Positions 20,384 to 29,375 of a stretch of DNA of 64,000 nt are shown one piece after another. The stretch spans positions 128,666 to 192,665 of the forward strand of contig CBDAQZ010000004.1 in NCBI GenBank assembly GCA_965199335.1. Direction: 5' to 3'. A model generated the notes under the pieces. It saw only the letters and a program-made list of their open reading frames with translations. It was not told the origin of the DNA and did not search any database. Made by a program: the position numbers and the translations under genes. Within the stretch, counting starts at the first letter, position 1. The number at the start of each line of letters is the position of its first letter. This DNA comes from Alphaproteobacteria bacterium (GTDB lineage: Bacteria > Pseudomonadota > Alphaproteobacteria > CALMVH01).

Positions 20384-22087
20384 ATGTCCCGCTACCTCAT
20401 CACCTCCGCCCTTCCCTACATCAACGGCGTCAAGCATCTCGGCAATCTGGCGGGGTCGATGTTGCCGGCGGATGTGCATGCGCGCTTCCGCCGCATGCAG
20501 GGGCACGAGGTGCTGTTCCTGTGCGCGACGGACGAGCATGGCACGCCGGCGGAGCTTGCCGCCGCCGAGGCCGGGCAGGACGCGCGCGCCTATTGCGACG
20601 AGCAGTACGCGATCCAGCGCGCGATCTACGAGCAGTTCACCCTTTCGTTCGACTGGTTCGGGCGCAGCTCCAGCCCCGAGAACCGCGCCCTGACGCAGCA
20701 TTTCTGCGACGCGCTGGAGGATAACGGCTACATCGAGGAACGCGCCTCGCAACAGGTCTACTCCATCGACGATGGCCGCTTCCTGCCGGACCGCTATGTC
20801 GAGGGCACCTGCCCGCATTGCGGCTACGAGCTGGCGCGCGGCGACCAGTGCGACAATTGCTCGCGCCTGCTCGACCCGACCGAGCTGATCCACCCGAGCT
20901 CGAAAATCTCCGGCTCGTCGAACCTCGAGGTGCGCGAGACGGCGCATCTCTATCTGCTGCAAAGCAAGCTGGCCGAAGCCATCGGCGCTTGGGTCGAGCG
21001 CGCGAGCGACTGGCCCACCCTCGCCAAATCCATCGCCAACAAATGGCTGGACGAGGGGCTGGACGATCGTTCGATCACCCGCGACCTGGCCTGGGGCGTG
21101 CCGGTCACGCGCCACGGCAAGCCCCGTCCTGGCTTCGAGAATAAGGTATTCTACGTCTGGTTCGATGCGCCGATCGAATATATCGCCTGCGCCCAGGAAT
21201 GGGCTGCCGCCATGGGCGGCGACTGGGAACGCTGGTGGCGGAAAGACAAGGGCGCCGATGACGTGACCTATGTCGAATTCATGGGCAAGGACAACGTCGC
21301 CTTCCACGCGGTGAACTTCCCCGCGACGCTGATCGGCAGCCGCGAGCCGTGGAAGATGGTCGACCAGCTGAAGGCGTTCAACTGGGTGACCTGGTATGGC
21401 GGCAAATTCTCCACCAGCAGCAAGCGCGGCATCTTCATGGACACGGCGCTGGAGCTGCTGCCCGCCGACACCTGGCGCTGGAAGCTGATGGCGAGTTCCC
21501 CCGAAACCTCCGACAGCGCGTTTACCCTGACCGAATTCAGGAATGGCGTGAACTCCGATCTCGGCAATGTCTTCGGCAATTTCATCAACCGCATCGTGCG
21601 TTTCACCGAATCCAAGTTCGAAGGCGTGGTGCCGCAGGGCGGCGCGTGGGGCGAGGCCGAGGACAGGCTGGCCGCCGACCTGGACGCGCGGTTGAAGGAG
21701 CTGACGCAGCACCACGAGGCGATGGAATTCCGCAAGGCCGCCACCGAGACCCGCGCCATCTGGGGCCTTGCCAACGAATACCTGACCGCCTCCGCCCCAT
21801 GGACCGCGATCAAGACCGACCGCGATGCCGCCGCCATCGGCGTGCGTACCGGCTTGAACCTGTGCGTGCTGTGTGCGCTGGTGGCTTCGCCGTTCATCCC
21901 GGGCAGCGCCGCGAAGATACTGGAGGCGTTCGGTATCGGCGACGTAAAATGGCCAGAGGACCCAGCGCAGGATTTTCTGAACCGACTGCCGATCGGACTG
22001 AAGCTGGCAACCCTGCCGGTGCTGTTTCCCCGGATTGAGGATACGCAGGTCGCGGACTGGGAAGCCCGTTTCGGCGCACCCGCCTAA
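20384..22087 (+). CDS. metG: Methionine--tRNA ligase
   Basis: ORF 20294..22087; likely start MSRYLITSALPYINGVKHLGNLAG (class I HIGH-region equivalent); CPHCGYELARGDQCDNC zinc knuckle; KFSTS (KMSKS) motif. Confidence 0.9.
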   Translation: MSRYLITSALPYINGVKHLGNLAGSMLPADVHARFRRMQGHEVLFLCATDEHGTPAELAAAEAGQDARAYCDEQYAIQRAIYEQFTLSFDWFGRSSSPENRALTQHFCDALEDNGYIEERASQQVYSIDDGRFLPDRYVEGTCPHCGYELARGDQCDNCSRLLDPTELIHPSSKISGSSNLEVRETAHLYLLQSKLAEAIGAWVERASDWPTLAKSIANKWLDEGLDDRSITRDLAWGVPVTRHGKPRPGFENKVFYVWFDAPIEYIACAQEWAAAMGGDWERWWRKDKGADDVTYVEFMGKDNVAFHAVNFPATLIGSREPWKMVDQLKAFNWVTWYGGKFSTSSKRGIFMDTALELLPADTWRWKLMASSPETSDSAFTLTEFRNGVNSDLGNVFGNFINRIVRFTESKFEGVVPQGGAWGEAEDRLAADLDARLKELTQHHEAMEFRKAATETRAIWGLANEYLTASAPWTAIKTDRDAAAIGVRTGLNLCVLCALVASPFIPGSAAKILEAFGIGDVKWPEDPAQDFLNRLPIGLKLATLPVLFPRIEDTQVADWEARFGAPA

Positions 22088-22092
22088 TACTC

Positions 22093-22207
22093 GTCATCCA
22101 GGACTTGTTTCAGTACCCATTCATCCGGGTATTCGGTACCACCGCTTATCACTTCAACAGGAGCGCCACGAAAGCGTCGCGATGTCCTGAAACAAGTTCA
22201 GGATGAC
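22093..22207. repeat. About 115-bp element bounded by 21-bp near-perfect inverted repeats (GTCATCCAGGACTTGTTTCAG ... CTGAAACAAGTTCAGGATGAC) in the convergent metG/shc intergenic region
   Basis: Read directly; could be a bidirectional terminator or a MITE-like insertion. Confidence 0.45.
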
Positions 22208-22215
22208 GACGTGCA

Positions 22216-24180
22216 TCACATCCCGTAGGCGACTTCCTTGCTGTTGCTGGCCTGCAAATTGCGATACCGTGCCAGCGCCATCAGCGGAAAGAACAGGCGG
22301 TAGCCGTGGTAGCGCAGGTAGAACACCTTGGCGAAACCGACCGCCGTATATGGTTTTTCTTCCCACTCGCCGTCGGCATCCTGGGTGCGGATCAGGTATT
22401 CGACACCGCGTGCCACCGCCGGGTGATTGACCTCGCCGGCGGCCATCAGGCCCAGCAGCGCCCACGCGGTCTGCGACGGGTTGCTACGGTGATACTGGCC
22501 GGGAGGAGCGGCATCGTAGGATTCGTTGTCCTCGCCCCAGCCGCCATCCTCGCGCTGCGTCGCGGTCAGGAAAGCGACGGCACGGCGCATGGTCATGTCC
22601 TCGTGCGGCATGCCGATCGCGTTCAGCGCGCACAGCACCGACCAGGTGCCGTAGATGTAGTTGGTACCCCAGCGGCCATACCACGAGCCGTCCCTTTCCT
22701 GGTCGGCCTTCAGGTACTCGACCGCCCTGGTGATCGCGGGCTCGAACATCGTATAGCCGCGCTGCGCCAGGAAGCTGAGGCAGCGGGCGGTCACGTCCGC
22801 CGTCGGCGGGTCCAGCAGCGCGCCGTGATCGGCGAACGGGATGTGATTCAGGTAGTAATGCGTATTGTCGGAATCGAACGCGCCCCAGCCGCCGTTCCTG
22901 CTCTGTACGCCCAGTATCCATTCCTCGGCGCGGGCGATCGATTCGCTGTGCTTCTCGGCATCGACGCGGTCCATCAGCATCGCCACCACCGCCGTGTCGT
23001 CGACATCGGGATAATGCGGGTTCTCATACTGGAACGCCCAGCCGCCCGGCCGCACATGCGGCCGCTGTACCGCCCAGTCGCCGACAACGTCCAGGACCTG
23101 CTTCGGCTTCAGCCAGTCGGCGCCGCGCCGCGCCGACTTCAGGCCCTCGCCGCCCATCTCGGCCAGCGCGTGGCCGGCAAGTCCGGTATCCCAGATCGGC
23201 GACAGGCAGGGTTGGCAATAGGTGCGTTCGTCGTCCAGCACCAGTAGCTTGCGCAGCGATTGCTTGGCGATTTCGATATGCGGATGGTCGGCGGTGTAGC
23301 CCAGGCAGTCGAACATCATGACGCTGTTCGCCATCGCCGGGTAAATCGCACCCAGGCCGTCCTCGCCGTTCAGGCGCTCGACCACGAAGGCGACGGCCTT
23401 GTCGATGCAGCGGGCGCGATGGCCCTTGGGGAAAAGCGGCTCGGCGACGCGCAATACGCGGTCGATGCTGCCGAAGATATGGCCCCAGCGCGAACGGTAC
23501 GGTCCGCGGATCCAGTCGGTGATCTGCTGCGGATCGCGGCGGAACAGCTCCTGTATCGCGACTCCGCGCGGGTTACGCGCCTGCGGCTTGCGGCTCATCA
23601 TCACCAGCAGCGGCACCATGACGGTGCGCGACCAGTACGATACCTTGTCGAGGTGGAAGGGGAACCAGCGCGGCAGCTTCATGATCTCGACCGGCATGAC
23701 CGGCACGGCGCGCCATGGCACCTGCCCGAACAGGGCCAACTGGATACGGGTGAAGACGTTGGTCCGCTCGGCGCCGCCATGGGCCAGGATCGCCTCGCGG
23801 GCGCGGATCATGTGCGGCTGGTCGGCATCGTCGCCCACGGCTTTCAGCGCGAAATAGGCTTTTACGCTGGCGGACAGGTCGAACTTGCCGTCATAGAACA
23901 GAGGCCAGCCGCCGTGATCGGCCTGGGTCGAGCGCAGGAAAGCCGCCATGCGGTCCTGCAAAACCTCATCTATCTCGTCGAGGTAATGCTGCAGCAGGAT
24001 GTATTCGGACGGAATGGTTGCATCCGCTTCCAGCTCGAACACCCAATGCCCGTCGGTGTTCTGGCGGCGCATCAAAGCCTCGCCGGCCCGATCGATCGAA
24101 AAGGCAAGTTTCGCCTCCTCGGTAAACTTCGCTGCGGAATTCTGGGAACGGCGGGGAAACTGGACGACGTTTGGACGCAT
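22216..24180 (-). CDS. shc: Squalene-hopene cyclase
   Basis: 654 aa; DVDDTAVV catalytic motif (VDDTAVVAML), multiple QW motifs (GSWYGRWG, GGWGE). Confidence 0.95.
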   Translation of the reverse strand: MRPNVVQFPRRSQNSAAKFTEEAKLAFSIDRAGEALMRRQNTDGHWVFELEADATIPSEYILLQHYLDEIDEVLQDRMAAFLRSTQADHGGWPLFYDGKFDLSASVKAYFALKAVGDDADQPHMIRAREAILAHGGAERTNVFTRIQLALFGQVPWRAVPVMPVEIMKLPRWFPFHLDKVSYWSRTVMVPLLVMMSRKPQARNPRGVAIQELFRRDPQQITDWIRGPYRSRWGHIFGSIDRVLRVAEPLFPKGHRARCIDKAVAFVVERLNGEDGLGAIYPAMANSVMMFDCLGYTADHPHIEIAKQSLRKLLVLDDERTYCQPCLSPIWDTGLAGHALAEMGGEGLKSARRGADWLKPKQVLDVVGDWAVQRPHVRPGGWAFQYENPHYPDVDDTAVVAMLMDRVDAEKHSESIARAEEWILGVQSRNGGWGAFDSDNTHYYLNHIPFADHGALLDPPTADVTARCLSFLAQRGYTMFEPAITRAVEYLKADQERDGSWYGRWGTNYIYGTWSVLCALNAIGMPHEDMTMRRAVAFLTATQREDGGWGEDNESYDAAPPGQYHRSNPSQTAWALLGLMAAGEVNHPAVARGVEYLIRTQDADGEWEEKPYTAVGFAKVFYLRYHGYRLFFPLMALARYRNLQASNSKEVAYGM

Positions 24181-24227
24181 TTATGCTCAACTCGTTTTGA
24201 GTTGTGTGACAAGGTTTGGCAATAATT

Positions 24228-25478
24228 TCAAGTATTTTTAATGACTAGCCGTGCCGCCTCGTGCCCGGACTTGACCGATCCCTCGATGGTGCTGGGCAGG
24301 CCGGTATCGGTCCAGTCGCCCGCCAGGAACAGGTTTTCCCAGCGTGTCTTGCCGTTCGGGCGCAGTTTCAGCTGGTCCGGCGTTGCCGCGAACGTCGCCC
24401 GTTTTTCCTTCACGATGCGCAATTTCGGCCTTTGTTCGGGCAGGTCGTAGATGCGGCTGAGGTCGTTCCACACCATCTGGCCCAGCGACTCGGTCGACAT
24501 ATCGGCCAGATGATCGGCGGCGCTGATGGTGACGGACAGGATGCCGGGCTTGATGAAAACCCATTCCGCCGTACCGCCCACGATCCCGATGAACGGCGGA
24601 ATGCGTGGCGGCAAGTCGACCTTGTAGTGCAGGTTGACGATGGAGCGGTGCTCCGTCGGCGCGGTCAGTCCCGGAAGCAGCATCGCCGCCACCGGCGCGG
24701 TCACGGCCAGGACGATCGGGATACCGGGGGCGATCGGTATGATCTCCCCGCCCGAAACCTCGATCGCCCGCGCGGCGCTGCCGTGGAAGACGATGCGCGA
24801 GATGCGGCTTTGCAGGTGCATCTGCCCGCCCTGCCGTTCGATATAGGAAATGGCCGGAACGACAAGGCTTTCCGACAGCCCCTCCTTCGGCACCAGCGGC
24901 ACGCAGGCAGCGCCTCCCGCTCCAAGCGTTTCGCGGATGATGGTCCAGAACAGCCGCGCAGAACCCTCGCTGGACCGCGTGTTCAGCGCCGAAATGCAAA
25001 GCGGGTCCCACAGGCGGCGATACAGGACGGACGATGTATCGAGCGTTTCCGCCACCGTTGCCTCCGGCCGGGCACGGGCAAGCCGCAACGGCTCGAAGTA
25101 ATCGCGGGCCTTCGTTCCCGGCACGCGGCGCCTGGCGTCGAACAGCCAGAGCGGCAGCTTGCCGCGGCTGGGTGTCAGTTCCCAGCGTTCGCCGGTGGTC
25201 AGGTCGATGAAGGGGAAGAGCGGCTGCTTCGGTCCCACCAGCGTATCGCGCGCGCCGACGGTGGACAGATAGCGCATGACATGCGGATTGCCCGACAGCA
25301 GCAGGTGATTGCCGTTGTCGATCTTGGCATCCAGCTCCTTGTCGTAATACGACCGGCATCGGCCGCCCGCCTGGGGGCCCGCCTCGTAGACCTGCGGCGC
25401 ATAGCCCTTTCTAGCCAGCGCCACGGCGGCGGCAAGGCCGGCCATGCCGGCGCCTATGATGTAGACGGGCTTGCTCAT
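24228..25478 (-). CDS. hpnE: Hydroxysqualene dehydroxylase HpnE (amine-oxidase/phytoene-desaturase family flavoprotein)
   Basis: 416 aa; N-terminal FAD fold IIGAGMAGLAAAVAL; position within the hpn cluster. Confidence 0.85.
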   Translation of the reverse strand: MSKPVYIIGAGMAGLAAAVALARKGYAPQVYEAGPQAGGRCRSYYDKELDAKIDNGNHLLLSGNPHVMRYLSTVGARDTLVGPKQPLFPFIDLTTGERWELTPSRGKLPLWLFDARRRVPGTKARDYFEPLRLARARPEATVAETLDTSSVLYRRLWDPLCISALNTRSSEGSARLFWTIIRETLGAGGAACVPLVPKEGLSESLVVPAISYIERQGGQMHLQSRISRIVFHGSAARAIEVSGGEIIPIAPGIPIVLAVTAPVAAMLLPGLTAPTEHRSIVNLHYKVDLPPRIPPFIGIVGGTAEWVFIKPGILSVTISAADHLADMSTESLGQMVWNDLSRIYDLPEQRPKLRIVKEKRATFAATPDQLKLRPNGKTRWENLFLAGDWTDTGLPSTIEGSVKSGHEAARLVIKNT

Positions 25479-26324
25479 TTACAGGATCGTGTACTTCACC
25501 GCGAACCACAGCTTGCGCCATTTCGGCACCTTCACCGGCTGGTCCAGCTTCGTCCAGCCGCGCTTTTCCAGCGCGGTCAGGGTCGCCTTGTAGCTGGCGG
25601 CCATCAGCCGCGCCGGTCGCATCGCCCTGGCGTTGCAATCGTTCATCGCGGCTTCGGCCTGCTTGAAATAGCGGTGTGCCTGCGCCGCCATGCGCTGGCA
25701 GACCTTGGGCAGGTTGGGGTCGTTCTGCATGCGGATGGCGATGGTCATCTTGACCCCGGCATCGCGCAGCCAGCCGCCCGGCAGGTACATGCGCCCGCGC
25801 TCGGCATCCTCGTGGATGTCGCGCAGGATGTTGGTGAACTGCAGCGCCCGGCCCAGCGCCCATGCCACATCGTCGGCGCGCGGGCTGTCGTCGCCGAACG
25901 CCCGTACCGACAGCCGCCCGACGGCGGAGGCGACACGGTCGCAGTACAGGTCCAGATCGTCCCAGGCGGGGGCCACGATCTCGGCGATGGCGTCGCTTTC
26001 CATGCCGTCGATGATCGCGATGAAGTCTTCCTGCCGCAGCTTGTATTCGGCCACCGGCTTTGCCAGCACCGTGGTGATCGCGTCGCTGGGCCGGCCGCGA
26101 TACAGCTGCGCGATCCGGTCGCGCCATTGCTGCAGCTCGGTCCGTTTCTTTTCCTGCGCACCCGGCTCGTCCGCGATGTCGTCGACCACGCGACAGAAGG
26201 CATAGACGCCGTACATCGCCATGCGCCGGTCCGGCTCCAGGATGCGCATGCCCTGGTAGAACGACGTGCCCGACCGCTTGACGATCGTCTCCACCTCGGC
26301 AGCGGCGGCGCTCAGATCAGCCAT
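25479..26324 (-). CDS. hpnD: Presqualene diphosphate synthase HpnD (squalene/phytoene synthase family)
   Basis: 281 aa; YAFCRVVDDIADE aspartate-rich motif; cluster context. Confidence 0.85.
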   Translation of the reverse strand: MADLSAAAAEVETIVKRSGTSFYQGMRILEPDRRMAMYGVYAFCRVVDDIADEPGAQEKKRTELQQWRDRIAQLYRGRPSDAITTVLAKPVAEYKLRQEDFIAIIDGMESDAIAEIVAPAWDDLDLYCDRVASAVGRLSVRAFGDDSPRADDVAWALGRALQFTNILRDIHEDAERGRMYLPGGWLRDAGVKMTIAIRMQNDPNLPKVCQRMAAQAHRYFKQAEAAMNDCNARAMRPARLMAASYKATLTALEKRGWTKLDQPVKVPKWRKLWFAVKYTIL

Positions 26325-27145
26325 TTCAGGCTCCCGATCAGGCTGAAGGCGAAATCCGGCTTGGTCAGCTTGACCCGCGTCGCCAGCGGATCGCCGCGCT
26401 TCAGCCGCTTCGTCAACCGGTTGGCCAGCGTCACGATCATCGCGGTCTCGACCTTCAGCCTCTTGTCCTTGACCCGCTCCGGCAGCGCCGCCGCCGTGCG
26501 GTTCAACCGCTCGACCTGCTCCAACAGCTCGTCCAGCGTGGTCCGCAGGCCTGGCGAAAGCATGAACCCTTTCACGTCATTCACCGACGAGCGGTTCCGC
26601 GCCAGATCGCTTTCCGGCAGGTAGCAGCGGTCCATCTCGCGCAGGTCCTTGCCGCAATCCTGCAGGTGGTTGAGGATTTGCAGCGAGGCGGTCAACGCGT
26701 CGTTCGGCTCCCACGTCGCTCGGCTTTCGCCGTGCAGGTCGAGTACGTGCCGCCCGACCGGCATCGCCGAATAGCGGCAGTAATCGTACAGCTCGTCCCA
26801 GGTCGCATAGCGCTGCTTGACCGCATCCTGCTTGAAGGCGTGCAACAGGTCGAGCGAGTGCTGCGCCGTGACCCCGCATTGTTTCAGGTCGGCCCGCAGA
26901 GCCTCGGCGGTCGGCGATCCCGCCTCCCCCGATCCCTGGAGGATCGCCGCCATGCGGTTGAGCCGTTCCAGCTTGATCTCGGGCGACAGCCTGGGATTGT
27001 CGGCGATGTCGTCGGCATTGCGCGCGAAGGCATAGAACGCATGCACGTGCGGGCGCAGTTCGCGGCGGATCAGGAACGAACCGACGGGAAAATTCTCGTC
27101 GGACATGCCCTTGCCAGAGGGCGTTTCGAGAGTGACGGTCGTCAT
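26312..27145 (-). CDS. hpnC: Hydroxysqualene synthase HpnC (squalene synthase-like)
   Basis: ORF 26312..27586; likely start MTTVTLETPSGKGMSDENFPVGS (M148), which gives an ATGA overlap with hpnB; YAFARNADDIADN motif. Confidence 0.8.
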   Translation of the reverse strand: MTTVTLETPSGKGMSDENFPVGSFLIRRELRPHVHAFYAFARNADDIADNPRLSPEIKLERLNRMAAILQGSGEAGSPTAEALRADLKQCGVTAQHSLDLLHAFKQDAVKQRYATWDELYDYCRYSAMPVGRHVLDLHGESRATWEPNDALTASLQILNHLQDCGKDLREMDRCYLPESDLARNRSSVNDVKGFMLSPGLRTTLDELLEQVERLNRTAAALPERVKDKRLKVETAMIVTLANRLTKRLKRGDPLATRVKLTKPDFAFSLIGSLKWLI

Positions 27146-28275
27146 GTGGCGGCAGCTTCCGGATAGACGCGGTTTTTCCAGCCGCCGCCCTTGCCGGTGT
27201 AGTGGCGGACGGCGGAGGCGATGGTGGCGCAGAGATAGAACAACCCGATCGGCGGCAACGCCAGTCCCCAGAACGGCGAGCGGCGATAGCGGCGCAGGGT
27301 CGGCTGAAAGGAGAACGCCATCAGCAGCCAGGTCAGGATACCCAGGATGAGCGGCACGCCATGACCGAACGCCACCAGCAGCGGCGGCGCGACATAGATC
27401 GCTGCCATGCCCAGTACGGTACCGAGCAACAGCAGCGGCGAATGCTTCAGCTGCACATAGGCGGTACGCGCGATCATGTTCCAGATGTCCTTCCAGTCGG
27501 CATAGACGCGCAGCGACACGGCTTTCTCGGCATGGCCGAGCCAGATCTTGCCGCCGCCCTCCTTGATCTCCTTCGCCAGCGCGCAATCGTCGATCAGGTT
27601 GTGCCGGATATGGGCGACGCCGTCGCTGCGATCCAGTGCCGCGCGGCTGACCAGCATGGTGCCGCCCGCGGCGGCCGCCAGTTCGCGCGCCGGATCGGCG
27701 GCCCAGGCGAAGGGATAGAGCATCTGGAAGAAGAACACGAAGGCCGGGATCAGCGTCCGCTCGGCCAGGGTAGCGCAGTTCAGCCGCACCATCTCTGAAA
27801 CCAGGTCCAGCCCGTCATGCTCGGCCTTGGCGACCAGCGCCGCGACATGGCCGGGTTCGTGGGCGATGTCGGCATCGGTCAGCAGCACGTAATCCGCCGC
27901 CCTTGCCTTTTCGTGCGCCAGTCCCTGGCTGACGGCCCACATCTTGCCGCTCCATCCGGGCGGCAACGGCTGGCCCTCGATGATGGTCAGCCAGCCGCCG
28001 CTGTCCAGCAGGGATGCGATCTTGCCCGTGCCGTCGCTGCTGTTGTCGTCGACCAGTATGATCGAAAGTTCTCCCGCATAATCCTGCCGGATCAGCGACA
28101 GCAGGCTTTGCCTGATATTTTCCGCCTCGTCGCGCGCCGGAACGACCACCGCCACCCTGGCATTGCCCGAAGGCGCACGGTTCGCCAGTACCGGCGTCGA
28201 CCGCCAGAAGCAGCCGTGGAAGCCGAGCAGGTAGACCCAGATGGCGAATGAGGTGAGGGAAATCATTGTAATCAT
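27142..28275 (-). CDS. hpnB: Hopanoid-associated family-2 glycosyltransferase HpnB
   Basis: ORF 27142..28533; likely start MITMISLT (M87), which gives an ATGA overlap with hpnA; GT2 DxD region (VVVPARDEAENI, ILVDDNSSDGT, LLTDADI). Confidence 0.8.
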   Translation of the reverse strand: MITMISLTSFAIWVYLLGFHGCFWRSTPVLANRAPSGNARVAVVVPARDEAENIRQSLLSLIRQDYAGELSIILVDDNSSDGTGKIASLLDSGGWLTIIEGQPLPPGWSGKMWAVSQGLAHEKARAADYVLLTDADIAHEPGHVAALVAKAEHDGLDLVSEMVRLNCATLAERTLIPAFVFFFQMLYPFAWAADPARELAAAAGGTMLVSRAALDRSDGVAHIRHNLIDDCALAKEIKEGGGKIWLGHAEKAVSLRVYADWKDIWNMIARTAYVQLKHSPLLLLGTVLGMAAIYVAPPLLVAFGHGVPLILGILTWLLMAFSFQPTLRRYRRSPFWGLALPPIGLFYLCATIASAVRHYTGKGGGWKNRVYPEAAAT

Positions 28276-29279
28276 GTCAGATATCCATGGTTGCGGAACC
28301 AGTCGACGGCGTCGGTCAGTCCCTGCCTGGCCGGGCGATGGGCATATCCCAGCTCGCGTTCGGCCTTGGCGGTCGAGAAGTACATCTTCTTGGCCGCCAT
28401 CTTGAGCGTATCGACCGTCGTCATCGGCTCCTTGCCGGTAATATTGGCCATCGCCTCCATGATATAGGCGACCGGATAGATCAAATGGCGCGGCAGCCTG
28501 ACCGTCGGCGGCTTCCTGCCCGCATATTCGCATGTGATCCGCAGCATTTCAGCCAGGCTGAGGTCGTCGCCGCCCAGAATGTATTTCTCGCCCACCCGGC
28601 CCTTGTGCAGGGCCAGCAGGTGGCCGTTGGCCACATCGTCGACATGGGCGAGGTTGAGCCCGGTATCGACATAGGCCGGCATCTTGCCGTTCGCCGCCTC
28701 GACGATTACCCGTCCCGTCGGGGTCGGCTTGACGTCGCGCGGGCCGACCGGGGTCGAGGGGTTGACGATCACGGCAGGCAGGCTGCGCTCGGCCACCAGC
28801 CGCAACACCTCCTGCTCGGCCAAGTACTTCGACTGCTTGTAGGGGCCGACCTTTTCCGCCAGCGAGGTCGGCGTCGTCTCGTCGGCCGGGGAACCGTCCT
28901 TGGTCAGGCCCAGCGCGGCGACGCTGCTGGTATAGACGACACGCTCGACCCCGACATCCAACGCCGCCAGCATCAAAGCGCGGGTGCCGTCGACATTGGT
29001 CTTGAGCATCTCCTCGGGGTGTTTCAGCCACAGCCGGTAGTCGGCGGCGACATGGAACAGGTAGCGGCACCCCTCCAGCGCCCGGCGCAGAGAGGCCGGA
29101 TCGTTCAGGTCGCCGGCGACGAAACCGACATCCAGCCCTTCCAGATGCTGGCGCGGGCTGGTGGAACGGGCCAGCGCCCGCACGCCGAAACCCGCGTCCA
29201 GCAGGCTGCGGGCGACCGCGGAGCCGACAAAACCCGTCGCGCCGGTCACCAGCGCCAAGCCGTTTGATGATGTATTCAT
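28272..29279 (-). CDS. hpnA: Hopanoid-associated NAD-dependent sugar epimerase/dehydratase HpnA
   Basis: ORF 28272..29363; likely start MNTSSNGLALVTGATGFVGSAVAR (Rossmann motif); YxxxK (YKQSKYLAEQ). Confidence 0.8.
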   Translation of the reverse strand: MNTSSNGLALVTGATGFVGSAVARSLLDAGFGVRALARSTSPRQHLEGLDVGFVAGDLNDPASLRRALEGCRYLFHVAADYRLWLKHPEEMLKTNVDGTRALMLAALDVGVERVVYTSSVAALGLTKDGSPADETTPTSLAEKVGPYKQSKYLAEQEVLRLVAERSLPAVIVNPSTPVGPRDVKPTPTGRVIVEAANGKMPAYVDTGLNLAHVDDVANGHLLALHKGRVGEKYILGGDDLSLAEMLRITCEYAGRKPPTVRLPRHLIYPVAYIMEAMANITGKEPMTTVDTLKMAAKKMYFSTAKAERELGYAHRPARQGLTDAVDWFRNHGYLT

Positions 29280-29375
29280 TGCGATGCGAATACCACGGGT
29301 GGAAAAAAATTCCACCCGCCCTTTGCACATACGGGGAAAATCGGGTAGAACTGCCTCAAACAACAGGCGGTAAAG

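Noticed and set aside
22154-22465. 103-aa minus-strand ORF spanning the metG/shc intergenic inverted-repeat element
   Set aside because: It overlaps the 3' end of shc in another frame and the inverted-repeat element; the Arg/Gly/Pro-rich translation is an artefact.
24261-26624. 787-aa ORF on the plus strand, and similar very long antisense ORFs (for example 32308..34521 737 aa, 41173..43590 805 aa, 47037..48761 574 aa, 38861..40600 579 aa, 20348..21715 455 aa, 532..1344, 180..938)
   Set aside because: Each lies entirely antisense to or overlapping confidently identified genes (hpnE/hpnD, the DotL-like ATPase, the hydroxyacyl-CoA dehydrogenase/hydratase gene, htpG, the acyl-CoA dehydrogenase, metG, gpsA). 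Their translations are low-complexity Arg/Ala/Gly/Pro-rich strings, which is the typical open-frame artefact of a 60%+ GC genome. Only the last 83 codons of 38861..40600 (the GIY-YIG gene) are real.
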